A stretch of 64,000 nucleotides of DNA from positions 35,030,001 through 35,094,000 of the forward strand of contig NC_043012.1 of assembly GCF_006345805.1 (NCBI RefSeq), in the 5' to 3' direction. Position 1 is the stretch's first letter, and every line of letters begins with the position of its first letter. The position numbers were made by a program, and so were the translations under genes. Below, in pieces: positions 37,977 to 52,360 of this stretch. The notes under the pieces were generated by a model. That model made no database searches and was not told the origin of the DNA. It saw only the letters and a list, made by a program, of their open reading frames with translations. Origin of the DNA: Octopus sinensis. Taxonomy: Eukaryota.

Positions 37977-38025
<49 letters not shown>

Positions 38026-38200
38026 TTCTTTTCCTTTCTTTCCTCTTCTTTCTTTCTTGTTCTTTCTCTTTCTTCTTTCTTTCTTTCTTTTCTTTCCTTT
38101 CTTCCTTCTTATCTGTCTTGTTCTTTTCTCTTTCTTTCTCTTCCTCTCTTTCTTTCATTCTCTCTTTCTCTTCCCTCTCTCCTCTCTCTAATCCCTTTTC
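36700..38200 (+). repeat. Pyrimidine-rich tracts: (TCTG)n/(CT)n with a ~120-bp higher-order repeat, then degenerate (CTTT/CTT)n
   Basis: CACTCTCTTTCTCTCTC..CCCTCAGCCTTTC recurs near 36773, 36892 and 37005. Confidence 0.9.
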
Positions 38201-40213
38201 TCGTCTACCGACCTTACTCAAGTTATGTCCTTTCTTATTTCACATTTAAAAAAAATTTTCACTGTCATCACATCGACCTCCTCTTTTCAAGTATTCCTCT
38301 TACATTTCGAGCATATTTACATTTCTATTTCTCCCACTTCGCTTTCCCCTATTTTCCCCCTTGTATTCTTATTTATGTCTCCATCTTCTCCAATTCGTTT
38401 ATGTTTTTTCCTGACATTCCTCACGCCAATACAATTTCCACACAGACGGCGTAACACAGCAAAGACTACTTTTCGGCTGCAGTCCAGCCAACTTGAAGCA
38501 CACGACGCCATGAAAGAAAATATCGACACTGGAAAGTAAAACGAAAATATTTAAAAATCTTGCTAAAATAGCTGGAATACATTTGATAAATATATTTGGA
38601 TGGAAGTTGTAGTTATTGATGTTTACTTGATTAAATGATTTCTAAGGCGCCCATTTGGTTTAGTCAACTGATTGATCGATCGATCGATTGATTGATTGAT
38701 TCGAAGCGAGTTGCTAAAACAGTCTGAGGTCGCCAGTCAACACTTCGATGCTAGAAGTCTTTAGCAGACGATAAAACGATGAAGGAGGGAAACACGACAC
38801 TTCCACCTCGTATTTTCACTTTCACACGTACACAAACATACATATACACATAAATGCACACTCACACGTACATAAACACATTGGTACGCTTATTCGTTGC
38901 AAAGACAGAGAAAAATAATAATGAAAAAAACTGAGAAAGAGAAAAGATAATCAGAGAGAAACTGACTGAGAGACCGAGAAGGAGGGAGAGAGAGACAGAA
39001 GAAGAAAGAGATGAGAACGACCGGGAGAGAGAGGTAGAGATAAACATATATCGAAAGACAGCAATTTGAGTAACAAATGCAGAGTGATAAGATGAATAAA
39101 TAGTGAAGAAAATAGATAGAAAGACAGAGTAATGTTGAGTGGCAGAGAGAAAGACTTTGAGAGAGTGATAGCGAGATTTAGACTGAGTGAAAGATAGTGA
39201 GAAAAAGACAGAAGGAGGGGGATAAAAAGACAGTAAAACAGAGAAAGACAAATATATTCGCAGATTACAGTGACACAGACAGAGAGTAAGAAAAAAGAAG
39301 CGAGAAGAAAGAGAGAGAAAGACAAAAAAAAGGAGAGAGAGAGAGAAAGATTGAGTGAGATAAACAGACATCGATAGAGATGTGTCAACAATACACGGTC
39401 GGTCTTGTACTTTCGCCTTTAAACATGTGGGGTACACACATAAACATACACACATTAATATATGCGCACTTATACTGAAACACTCGTACACACTGACATG
39501 CGTAGAGTCACGCAGTAAACACGCACAAACGCACAGAAGGGAAAAAACGCGAGCAGACAAAACCACAAACAAAAACACACCGATGCACCCAGCCCACCCG
39601 TACACCAAAATGCAGAACAGGCCAAAGAAGTGAGCACACCCACCCAAACTACATGGCAATTCTTTACCACCCGTATTTACCTGTATCTTTCTTTATCGTG
39701 TATCGCGATGTATCGTGATGCAATGGAATTGATTCCGTCGTGTTGATAGATTGATGCACCCCCAATCAAACAAGTGGCTCTCTCCTCCGAATAATTTGTA
39801 GCCAATCCAAGAAAAAGTGACTTTGTATCATATAAAAATATCAAAAGGATATACATACATATATACACACATATGTATGTATAAACGCACACACAATTTA
39901 TAAGTTACGTTTACTAAAACACGTAACACGTATAATCAACAGGTAAGTGTTGTTATTTGTATGTTTTGACCATTTCCTTGTAGACTTCTTAAAAACTATT
40001 TCTTTAATTTTATAATGGAATTTAATTACTTAACCAATTAATCCGCAATTGTTCTAAATTGTTCTTATTTTCCATTGTTTTTTTATTTCTAACTTATCTT
40101 AATGTGTAGATGTATGTATGTGTCAGTGCACGTATGTGTGAGTGAATGAATGTGTTTATAAACATTTGTATATGTCTGTCTATATGTGTGTGTGTGCATG
40201 TGTATACGTGAGT

Positions 40214-40263
<50 letters not shown>

Positions 40264-40469
40264 GCGTGTGCGCGGGCGTCTACTCACCGATATATTTGTG
40301 TTATAGAAATCAATATTATTTTATATTTCCGTCTATGTTTATTGTTTTGGCTAACGGGGAAAAAAAAACACTATTAAAAACCATTTTTTTTTCTGCCATA
40401 AGATAAAGTACCAGTCAAATACTAAGGTCTATGGTATCTGCTACTTCCCTTCCCCTCAAAACTGCAGGC

Positions 40470-40478
40470 CTATTGCCA

Positions 40479-40512
<34 letters not shown>

Positions 40513-41422
40513 GTAGTAGTAGAGTAGTAGTAGTAGTAGTAGTAACAGCAGCAGTGTAGTGCTGGTGGCGATGATGATGCTAGTGGCACAATAGTATTAG
40601 TAACAGTAGTGGTGGTAGTGGCGGTGGTGAGGGTGATGGTGGTGAGGGTGATGGTGGTGGTAGTGGCGGTGGTGAGGGTGATGGTGGTGGTGGTGACGTC
40701 GGTGATAGTAGTAATGGTATTAGTAGTGGTGGTTTAGTGATAGTAGTAGTAGTAGTAGTAGTAGTAGTTAGTAGTAGTAGTAGTAGTAGCAGTAGTAGTA
40801 GTAGTAGTAGTAGTAGCCATCGTACTCATTAATAAAAAGAAAGAGAAATATGATTGTTCCGTTTAAATTGCGTGTCTGACTCCTATTGCGTAAGACCTTG
40901 TTACGTCGTCACATAAAACGTCGTCAGCATCTATCAATATCATCGCCATCCGTGTTGTCGATATTATTAAGTGATGACGTAGAAGGAACGGGATGAACAT
41001 CACAGTTCTCCGTTTCTGAATTACGTTGCTGCATCGAATACATTGTGGCCACCTCACAAAAATCACCATTCCCAAATGGGTTGTTGTTGTTGTTATTATA
41101 GAAATAGATTGTTGTTGTCTTCTTCTTCTTCTTCTTCTTCTTCTTCTTCTTCTTCTCCTCCTTCTTCTTCTTCTTCTCCTCCTCCTCCTCCTCCTCTTCT
41201 TCTTTCTTCTTCTTCTTCTCTTCTTCTCTTCTCTTTTTCTTCTTCTTTTTCCTTCTTCTTCTCTCTTCTTCCTCTCCTCCTCCTCCTCCTCCTCCTTCTT
41301 CTTCTTCTTCTTCTCCTTCTTCTTCTTCTTCTTCTTCTTCTTCTTTTCCTCCTTTTTCTTCTTCTTCTCCTTCTTCTCCTTCTTCTCCTCCTCCTCCTCT
41401 TCCTCCTTTTCTTCTTCTTCCT

Positions 41423-41455
<33 letters not shown>

Positions 41456-41940
41456 TCTGCTTTCTCTTTAAAATAAGTACCTGTTGAGCACCGGCAGTCG
41501 ATGTAATCGACTTCTCCCCGTCCCTCAGAACTGCTTGCCTTAACACGCCGGACAAAATGCTTTGCAACATTTCGTCCGCCTTCACGTTCTAAGTTCAAAT
41601 ACCGCCGAGGTCAACTTCGCCTTTCATCCTTTCGGGGTCGATGAAATAGGTACCATTTGAGCAATGGGGTCAATGTAATCGACTTATCTCCTACCTCGAA
41701 CTTGCTGGCCGTGTTCCAAAATTTGAAACCCATTCTTCTTCTTCTTCTTTTTCTTCTTCTTCTTCTTCTTCTTCTTCTTCTTCTTCTTCTTCTTCTTCTT
41801 CTTCTTCTTCTTCTTCTTCTCTTCTTCTTCTTCTTCTTCTTTTCCTACTTCTTCTTCTTCTTCTTCTTCTTCTTTATCATCTTCTTCATTTTCTTCTTTT
41901 TCTTCTTTATCTTCTTCTTCATTTTCTTCTTTTTCTTCTT

Positions 41941-42001
<61 letters not shown>

Positions 42002-42539
42002 TGAAGAAGGCGGCGAGCTGGCAGAATCGTTAGCACGCCGGGAAAATTGCTTATCGTCCGCGTTCACGTTCTAAGTTCAAATACCGCCGAGGTCAACTTC
42101 GCCTTTCATCTTTTCGGGATCGATGAAATAAGTGTCAATTGAGCAGAAGGGTCGATGTAATCGACTTATCCTCTCCCTCGAACCTGCTGCTCTTTACGTT
42201 CTGAGTTCAAATTCCGTTCGGGTTGACTTTGCCTTTCATCCTTTCTGGTTCGATAAAATAAGTACCAGTTACGCACTGGGGTCGATGTAATCGACTCGGC
42301 CTTTCCCCTTCAAATTGCTGGCCTTATGCCACAATTTGAAACGATTATTATTATTATTATTATGCAGGCTTAGTGGCACTTTCATCCGTCTTCACGTTCT
42401 GAGTTTAAATTTCTCCGAGATCAACTTTATCTTTTATCCTTTGGTGATCAATAAAATAAGTACCAGTTGAGTACAAAGATCGATATAATCGACTATACCC
42501 TTTCCCCAAATTTCAGGCTTTGTGCTTATAGTAGAAAGG

Positions 42540-42593
<54 letters not shown>

Positions 42594-42670
42594 TATTATT
42601 ATCATAGTTATTATTAGTATTATTATTATTATTACTATTATTATTATCACTTATTATACTATTATTATTA

Positions 42671-42702
<32 letters not shown>

Positions 42703-42819
42703 TTATTATCATAGTTATATTATTATTATTTATTATTATTACTATTATTATTATCAATTATTTATCTATTATTATTGTTATTATTATTATTATTATTATT
42801 ACTATTATTATTATTATCA

Positions 42820-42850
<31 letters not shown>

Positions 42851-43169
42851 TATTATCATAGTTATTATTATTATCATTATTATTATTGAGTTAGACGGTA
42901 GTGCATGCTATCAAAATAACACTGGGGTACGCATATACGAAGCCCAGTATACCCATCATATACCCATCATGATTATTAATATTATTATTATTATTATTAT
43001 TATCATTATTATTATTATTATTATCATTATTATTATTACTATTATTATTATCAATTATTATTATTATCATTATTATTATTATTATTATCAATTATTATTA
43101 TTATCATCATCATTATTATTATTATCATCATTATTATTATTATTATTATTATTACTATTATTATTATCA

Positions 43170-43223
<54 letters not shown>

Positions 43224-43225
43224 GA
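40470..43225. repeat. Trinucleotide microsatellite field (TAG/GGT, CTT, ATT) with interleaved degraded SINE copies
   Basis: Read directly. SINE core GTTCAAAT.CCG...TTTGCCTTTCATCCTTT recurs at about 41590, 42070, 42200 and 42400. Confidence 0.9.
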
Positions 43226-43707
43226 GTTAGACGGTAGTGCATGCTATCAAAATAACACTGGGGTACGCATATACGAAGCCCAGTATACCCATCATGATAC
43301 TACCAGTCTGATAAGGGTACACCAGGCACATGCATCACAACGATATGTACGCGACATGGTGATTTCCTATCAAGATAAACAGCACATGACCTTGCAGGTG
43401 GGGCCCAGTTAGAATTTTCTTCAGGTTGAGTAGCCCATTCCGCTCAAAAGGTCCCTGAATAAGGGTTGTTTAAGGATGTTGAAAGAACCACCCATGTTTC
43501 CAGAGGTGAATTATTCAAACCCCAAATAATTCCTTTCAACACATGGCTATGATGCTCCCCCACTACTTCTGCTCGTGATCAGAGATGCACATATCGTCAG
43601 CCACTAAGGGACATGCTCAACTGGTTAAGGTCAAACAACTGACAAGCAAATCTGTGGTATTGAGCAGAATATTTACTGTAGCCCATCTTTTATATCAAGA
43701 CAAAACA

Positions 43708-43739
<32 letters not shown>

Positions 43740-43841
43740 GAGTGAGAGAGCAGTGCATACCATCAAAGTGACACTGGGGTAAAATATATGAAGCCCAGTA
43801 TACCCATCATGACTACCCGTCTGACAAGGGTACACTAGGCA
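42888..43841 (-). mobile_element. Three related LINE/SINE-like 3' ends (42888-42973, 43224-43706, 43740-43841) embedded in (ATT)n
   Basis: Each has the same left terminus GAGT...AGTGCAT.C.ATCAAA...CACTGGGGTA...GAAGCCCAGTATACCCATCAT abutting an (AAT)n tract. Confidence 0.6.
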
Positions 43842-43842
43842 A

Positions 43843-43874
<32 letters not shown>

Positions 43875-44669
43875 TTGCTGGGCTTGTGCCCAAATTTGAA
43901 ACTATTATTGTTGTTGTAGATGTTGCTGTTGATGTTGTGTTTGTTGTTGTTGAATTGGGTCACATGACACGATCATTAGGGCGCCAGACGAGTTCTTTGC
44001 GATATTCAGTTACGGTTGTTTTACGTTTTGAGTTCAAATCTTGCATGTGTTGAATTTGCCTTTCAGTTTTCTGGAGTTGGAAAACAAAAAACAATAGTAT
44101 CACTCAAGTATTAGTGTTTCATTTGACTATAATCCTAACCTCTGAAACTTGTGGCTTTTATGCCTGCCTATGTTCGATATAATTATTATTGCTCTCCTTT
44201 TCGATCTTATCATCATCATCATCATCATCATCATCGTCGTCGTCGTCGTCATAAATATTTAAATTTTATATTCTTCTGGGCCCAACGTATTTTTATTCTG
44301 GTAATGGAATATTTTTCAGTAACACTTTCAAAGCGTTGATATATTTCCATAAGCAAATGAAAATATATTTCCATCTTCTGCGTCGTAAGACTTGCCTGGT
44401 CTTTCTTGTACTATTTCCATTCCTACTTTAAAAGTGATATTTAAAAGAAAATTACGTGATGGTCGCGCATGGTCACCGCTAGAATACCTTTAATCATAGA
44501 TTTACATATCAAGAATGATCTGAAGCAAAATAATTAATGTGATTTAAAGGAGAGAAACGTTTACTTTAATATCTATATACTATTTGTGCCATGATGGAAA
44601 ACAAGTTTGAATTGTTCTTATTAAGCTTCATGTCTCTCCCAACTGAGCAGAACTACGACCAAAACATTC

Positions 44670-45110
44670 CAACTGTTTCATCCTGGTAGAAGCCATAGCC
44701 ACTCACAATAAAAAGATGTACTGGTGGAATGTCCCAGTGAGATTCTCAATAAAACGTAAGCACAACAAACCTGATATAATGATTTGGGATAGAGAAGAGA
44801 AACCGTGTACAGCTGTTGCAATTAGCTGTCCAGCGGATGTTAACATAAAGCTGAAGCTCAGTGAAAAAGAGAACTACTACGCTGAACTATTGAGAAATCC
44901 GCAGCTGCTTTATCCAGATTATAAGTTCAGGTTTATACCTGTAATTATTGGGGACCTGGGATATGTAACACACTGCCTAAATACCAATCTTGATAAATTA
45001 GGCTTCTTCTCAGAACCAGAAAGGCGAAAGGTAATTCGAAGATTACAAATCCAGTCCATCACTGGAACTATAAAAATCTGTAAAACTTTCCTGAAGTTTA
45101 TAATTTCAAT
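44670..45110 (+). pseudogene. C-terminal restriction-like endonuclease of an R4/Dong-clade non-LTR retrotransposon
   Basis: YWWNVPVR...KHNKPDIMIWDREEK.C..V.ISCP.D.N...K..EK...Y..L...FIPVIIG.LG, a PD..D/E-type RLE motif. Confidence 0.8.
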
Positions 45111-45482
45111 ATATATGAACATATCTAGATATGCAACTACATGCATGAGAATGCATAGATAAAGCAAAACATACAAATCTGCACACATACATACATATAT
45201 AAATACATACATACAAACTTGATATTTGTTGTGTCTCTTTGCGTTCTAAGTACAAATCTCTATTCGGGGGACAGACTTAACTCATCGCATGGTGTAGCAG
45301 CACACAAGGTACCTTGGATACCTTTAAGGGATATCACTCTGCTGTAAGCATTCAAGTCAGGTTTCCGGTTTTAGGATGATTCTGCCCTTCTCCACCACCT
45401 GTGTCAGGGCCCAATAGAAGAGCATAACCATTGCATTTCTTTTTAACTAAAAGATAACACACACACACACACACACGTTTAT

Positions 45483-46493
45483 ATGCATACTCACATTGTT
45501 TTGGTGTGTACATTCATACAGGCATACATACATACATACATACATACACACATACATACATACATACACACATACATACATACATACACACATACATGCA
45601 TGCATGCATACATACATACATACATACATACATGCATACATGCAGGCATACATACATACATACATACATACATACATACAGACATACATACATACATGCA
45701 GGCATACATACATACATACATACATACATACATACATACAAACACACACATACATACATGCATACATGCATGCATACATGCAGGCATACATACATACATA
45801 CATACATACATACATGCAGGCATACATACATACATACATACATACATACATACATGCATGCATACATACATACATACATACATACATACATGCATGCATG
45901 CATACATACATACATACATACATACATACATGCATGCATACATACATACATACATACATACATACATACATACATACATGCTGGCATACATACATACATG
46001 CATACATGCATGCATACATGCATGCATGCATGCATGCATACATACATACATACATACATACATACATACATACATACATACATGCAGGCATACATACATA
46101 CATACATACATACATACATACATACATGCAGGCATACATACATACATGCATACATGCATGCATGCATACTACATACATACATACATACATACATACATAC
46201 ATGCATGCATACATGCAGGCATACATACATACATACATACATACATACATACATACATACATGCATACATGCATGCATGCATACATACATACATACATAC
46301 ATACATACATGCATGCATACATGCAGGCATACATACATACATACATACATACATACATGCAGGCATAATACATACATGCATACATACATACATACATACA
46401 TACATACATACATACATACATGCAGGCATACATACATACATACATACATTACATACATACATACATACATGCGGCCATACATGCATACATGCA

Positions 46494-46524
<31 letters not shown>

Positions 46525-47645
46525 CATACATACATGCATGCATGCCTGCATGCATGCATACATACATACATACATACATACATGCAGGCATACATACAAA
46601 CATACCATACACATACATGCAGGCATACATACATACCATGCAACATGCATGCCATACATACATACTACATACATACTAAATACATCATACATACATACAT
46701 GCAGCATACATACATACATACATACATGCAGGCATACATACATACATACATACATACTCACATACATTACATACATACATGCAGGCATACATACATACAT
46801 GCAACATACATACATACATACATAATGCATGCATACATACATACAACATACATTACATACATACATACATGCAGGCATACATACATACATACAGACATAC
46901 ATACATGCAGCATACACTACATACATGCATAATACATACATACATACATACATACATACATGCATGCATACATACATACATACATTACATAATACATACA
47001 TACATACATGCAGGCATACATACATACATGCATACATGCATGCATACATAATACATTATACATGCATACATACTACATACATACAATACATACATGCAGG
47101 ATCCATACATACATACATACATATACCATACATACAACATGCAGGCATCATACATACATGAATACATACATACATACATACATACATGCATGCATACATA
47201 CATACATACATACACACATACATACATACAACATACATACATACATACATACATACATACATACATACATACATGCAGGCATACATACATACATACAATA
47301 CATACATACATACATACTGCAGCAGGGACATACATACATACAGCATACATTACATACATACATACATACATACATACATTATCATGCAGGCATACATAAT
47401 ACATACATACATACATACATACATGCATCTACATACATACATACATTACATGCATGCATGCATAATACATACATACATACATACATACATACATACATGC
47501 AGGCATACATACATACATACATACATACATACATACATACATACATACATGCAGGCATACATACATACATACATACATACATACATGCATACATACATAC
47601 ATACATACATACATACATACATACATACATACATACATAAATACA
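45483..47645. repeat. ~2.1-kb degenerate (CATA)n satellite with CATG and GCAGG variant units
   Basis: Read directly. Shorter tracts at 50089-50222 and 56240-56480. Confidence 0.95.
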
Positions 47646-47646
47646 T

Positions 47647-47823
47647 AGGCGTGACTGAGTGGTAAAAAGTTTGCTTTCCAACCATATGTTTCTTGGTTCA
47701 GTCCCACTGCGTGGCATCTTGGACAAGTGTCGTATCCTATAGCATCGGACCAACTAAAGCCTTGAGAGCGGATTCCCTAGTTGGAAACTGAAAGAAGCTT
47801 GCCGTATATACATGTATATGTCT

Positions 47824-47884
<61 letters not shown>

Positions 47885-48090
47885 TGCTTGTCTCAACTAC
47901 CGTTTGACAATCAGTGCTGGTATGTTTACGTTCCCATAACTTAGCGGTTAGACAGGACGAGACCGATAGAATAAGTATCAGGCACGGAAGAAAAAATCTG
48001 CTGGGGTCGATTCGTTTGACCAAAATCCTTCAAGGCGGTGCTCCAGCAAGACCGCAGTCTAATGACAGAACCAAGTAAAGGGGGAAAAAA
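47647..48090 (+). mobile_element. Diverged tRNA-derived SINE with internal (TG)n
   Basis: Head AGGCGTGACTGAGTGGTAAAAAG..GGTTCAGTCCC and tail GCGGTGCTCCAGCA. Confidence 0.8.
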
Positions 48091-48173
48091 GAGAACGATA
48101 TATATATATATATATATATAGTTATATATAGATCAATAAATGGTCTGCATTTTTAAAAAAAATTTTTCCTTGC

Positions 48174-48224
<51 letters not shown>

Positions 48225-48225
48225 A

Positions 48226-48748
48226 CTTATAAAATAAGGGCAGAGAAAAATTCTAATGCCAAATATGCCGAAAAATAGACAAAATTGTCAGTTAACCATC
48301 ATAATTTATGCGTCTCGGTACATGCCGAAAGAAATTTCTAAAAAATTCCGTTATAACCGTATTGGTCCCAATTTCGTGGTTAATTCGTAAGAATTTTCCC
48401 CTCGTCAGCGATTAATACGTAAGACATAAATGGAATACTTACTCATACCCATGGAAAAAGCAAGCACTAAGTCCAGAGCAGACCTAAGTACCCCAAATAT
48501 ATCCAAAATAGAAAAAACTTCAGCACCTCTCGAGACACGTGTGATTCGATCTAGAAACTTTCATAGAGTGAGAGAATCCGGAAGTGAACACTATTAAATT
48601 TATAACTAATGTAGGATAAGATTTTTTTCGAAACAAAAAATTTTTATTATCTTTCAGAGACGCATAAATCATAATGGTTAACTGACAATTTTGTCTTTTT
48701 TTCGGCATATTTGGCATTAGAATTGTTCTCTTGCTCTTATTTTATAAG
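48226..48748. mobile_element. MITE with ~90-bp imperfect terminal inverted repeats
   Basis: 48226-48316 pairs with 48657-48748 (CTTATAAAATAAG..TCTAATGCCAAATATGCCGAAAAA..GACAAAATTGTCAGTTAACCAT..ATTTATGCGTCTC). Confidence 0.85.
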
Positions 48749-49098
48749 GTATTTTTTGATATGCTGGCCATTGATAAAATCTTTTTCTTTCGAAAAAAGT
48801 CTTATCCTACATTAGTTATATATATATATATATATATGCATATATATATATATATATATACATAAATTCGGGGTGAGTACTTGATAATTATGCACCTGTG
48901 TATACCGTTTGGTGGTGTAGGTGTATACCGTTTGGTGGTGTATATATATATATATCATATATATATATATATTATATATATATATGCATATATATAGTAT
49001 ATATATATATATATATATATATATGTGCAATATATATGTATATATATAATATATATATATAATATATATATATATAGATATATATATATATATATGTA

Positions 49099-49130
<32 letters not shown>

Positions 49131-49137
49131 GTATCTC

Positions 49138-49175
<38 letters not shown>

Positions 49176-49413
49176 ATCTATATATATATATATATATATA
49201 TATATTATGTGAAATAGAAAGATGAATAATCTGTAGTAGATTAATCAAAAGTTTTAACCGATACCTTGGTAGCAAAAATCACAGCAGTAACAGTACGGTT
49301 TGAGGTACAACCATATGGTGTTGCAACCGTGCGTTGGTGCGGATAATTGAAATTAAAATATTATTGGTGAATTGAAGAAATGGAGCTGAACGCAGATTGA
49401 ACAGAAATCGTTT

Positions 49414-49505
49414 TATTTCATTCTACACGTGTTTCGAAAGGCACAATTTACCAAAATCCGATTGAATAATGGAACCATATTGTGTCTTTCTCTTCAGGAA
49501 AAATA
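49414..49505 (-). ncRNA. Type I hammerhead ribozyme, left arm
   Basis: Reverse complement of 49658-49750 with a 1-nt deletion in the 5' strand of helix I. Confidence 0.78.
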
Positions 49506-49657
49506 GGAAATCCGTTGGAAAAAACAAAAAGAACAGAGGCGGAGCAAAACACATCGAACTAAGCTCCTAAGAGCCCATGCCCATGGGCTCTTAGGAGCTT
49601 AGTTCGATTTGTTTTGCTCCGCCTCTGTTCTGTTTTTGTTTTTTCCAACGGATTTCC

Positions 49658-49750
49658 TATTTCTTCCTGAAGAGAAAGACACAATATGGTTCCATTATTC
49701 AATCGGATTTTGGTAAATTGTGCCTTTCGAAACACGTGTAGAATGAAATA
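49658..49750 (+). ncRNA. Type I hammerhead ribozyme, right arm
   Basis: UAUUUCUUC-CUGAAGA-GAAAG.CACAAU..AUUGUG.CUUUC-GAA-ACACGUGU-A-GAA(U)GAAAUA. Predicted GUA cleavage after 49740. Confidence 0.82.
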
Positions 49751-49988
49751 AAACGATTTCTGTTCAATCTGCGTTCAGCTCCATTTCTTCAATTCACCAA
49801 TAATATTTATATATATAGTTGCCGCACTTGCCCTTACCTCTCCAACACCACCCGCCTCACTAGCACCCACCATCGACCCTATCCCATCATCCACTCCTTC
49901 ACCTGCACCTCCAGCAATATTATCTATTGCATCTCTTGCTCTCTCTGCAATTCCTTGTACATCGGACAAACGGGACGCCGCTTGGCTG

Positions 49989-50088
49989 NNNNNNNNNNNN
50001 NNNNNNNNNNNNNNNNNNNNNNNNNNNNNNNNNNNNNNNNNNNNNNNNNNNNNNNNNNNNNNNNNNNNNNNNNNNNNNNNNNNNNNNN
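49989..50088. other. Assembly gap (100 N)
   Basis: Run of N. Confidence 1.
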
Positions 50089-50447
50089 CATACATACATA
50101 CATACATACATACATACACACATACATACATACATACATACACACATACATACATACACACACACATTACATACATACATACAATACATACATACATACA
50201 TACATACATACATACATACATACATACATACATACATACATAGGCGTGGGTGTGTGGTAAGAATTTTGCTTCCCAACCGTATCTCCAATTCATCGCAGAA
50301 TCGGAGAGGCCGCAGTTAAGCCAGGGGCTTTCCTTTCTGTGTTCATCCTTGCATATTTGTTTGTCCTACAGCTGTGGAGTGTTTCTACCGATAACCAATT
50401 ACTGTTTGTCAACATTTCGACTTTCATGGAAATTAAGCAAGTGTAAT

Positions 50448-50910
50448 AGGCGCAGGAGTGGCTGTGTGGTAAGTAGCTTGCTTACCAACCACATGGTTCA
50501 GGGTTCAGGATTCAGTCCCACTACGTGGCACCTTGGGCAAGTGTCCTCTACTATAGCCTCGGGCCGACCAAAGCCTTGTGAGTGGATTTGGTAGAAGGAA
50601 ACTGAAAGAAGCCCGTCGTATATATCCTTAAATCCTTAAAAATGTTTTAGCCCGAAGGCTATATATATATATATATATAGATTATATATATATATATGTA
50701 TGTATATTTGTGTGTCTGTGTTTGTCCCCCCAACATCGCTTGACAACTGATGCTGGTGTGTTTACATCCCCGTAACTTAGCGGTGTGGCGAAAGAGACCG
50801 ATAGAATAAGTACTAGGCTTACAAAGAATTAGTCCTGGGGTCGATTTACTCGAGTAAAGGCGGTGCTCCAGCATGGCCGCAGTCAAATGACTGAAACAAG
50901 TAAAAGAGTA
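50448..50910 (+). mobile_element. Full-length tRNA-derived SINE with internal microsatellite and an embedded CR1-tail fragment (50625-50659)
   Basis: tRNA-like head, body, 3' stem-loop GCGGTGCTCCAGCATGGCCGC and AAAAGAG tail. Confidence 0.88.
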
Positions 50911-51242
50911 AAAAGAGAGTAAGTGAATTTAGTTTTTACTCTTTTGTTTTGCTTTCAAGCTTTGGTATACAGTACAAATAACCATAAGCTACCATTCTCT
51001 CTGTTATCAATGTCTATTAATGTCTCAGGTGAGACATTAATTGATATTGAAACTTGCGAGATCAGTCTTTTTCTTGCCGCAAAGAAAACGCCTTTGTCGT
51101 GTAAGGTTTGTAGTTTTCAGAGTGGTTTTGGAAGGGTTTACTTAAAAACATTCCCCTCCTATGTTTATTTTACATTGAAATTAATCACCTACATCGTGAT
51201 GTGCTATACGTACACACACACACACAACACACACACACACAC

Positions 51243-51299
<57 letters not shown>

Positions 51300-51608
51300 T
51301 ATATGTGTTGTGTGTGTGTATTGTGTGTGTGGGTATATTATTATTTATTTATATAAAACTATATTATTATAAATATATGTATATAATGTATGTATATATA
51401 TATATTTGTCTCTCTCTCCTCTCTCTCTCTATATATATTATATATATATATATTAAAACAGATATATACATATATACATATACATATATATATTACACAT
51501 ATATATACATGATATACATACATATATAGATATATATATAATACACAAATATATATATATATGTATACATATATACATACATATAATATATACATTATAT
51601 ATGTACAC

Positions 51609-51666
<58 letters not shown>

Positions 51667-52090
51667 CAACTGTATATATATACACATATATTTTTCTATA
51701 TTATCTAAGTCTATGAACTATATTTGGAATACAAGACAAAATAATAGATTTTTCACATAACTATTATGGATTATTACAGAAGACTAACCAAGGAAGGACA
51801 TTTGGATTTAATGACACTCCTGCTATAGTGTACTTACCAAAATCGAAAGCAGTAATTTTTATTTTACATAATATTTTATTTTATATTTTATATTTATATT
51901 TTATTTTATATTTTATATTATTTTATATATATATATATACTACTCTAATATAGGATGAAGTTATTTTACAGAAAAAAAATTCCATAAAAAAATGTGTCAA
52001 CATATTAAAATACCGTTAAGGTTAAATTATAAAAACAGCTTATAAATACAACTTATAAGTTGGTATATATATATATACATACCTACATAC

Positions 52091-52121
<31 letters not shown>

Positions 52122-52321
52122 ATAGATATATATATATTGTGGTGTGTGTGTGTGGTTATATATTATATATATGTGTGTTTATATATTATATATTTTTATA
52201 TAACATATATATATGTATTATATATATATATATATATATGTTTATATATATTATGTTTATATATATATATATAATATATAGGTTTATATATATATTTTTT
52301 TTATATATACATATATATATG

Positions 52322-52360
<39 letters not shown>

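Larger units (their letters stand above)
49356..49808. repeat. 453-bp near-perfect palindrome (arms 224/227 bp, 2-bp spacer) with a hammerhead in each arm
   Basis: Centre GAGCCCATG-CC-CATGGGCTC at 49571-49590; few indels between the arms. Confidence 0.93.
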
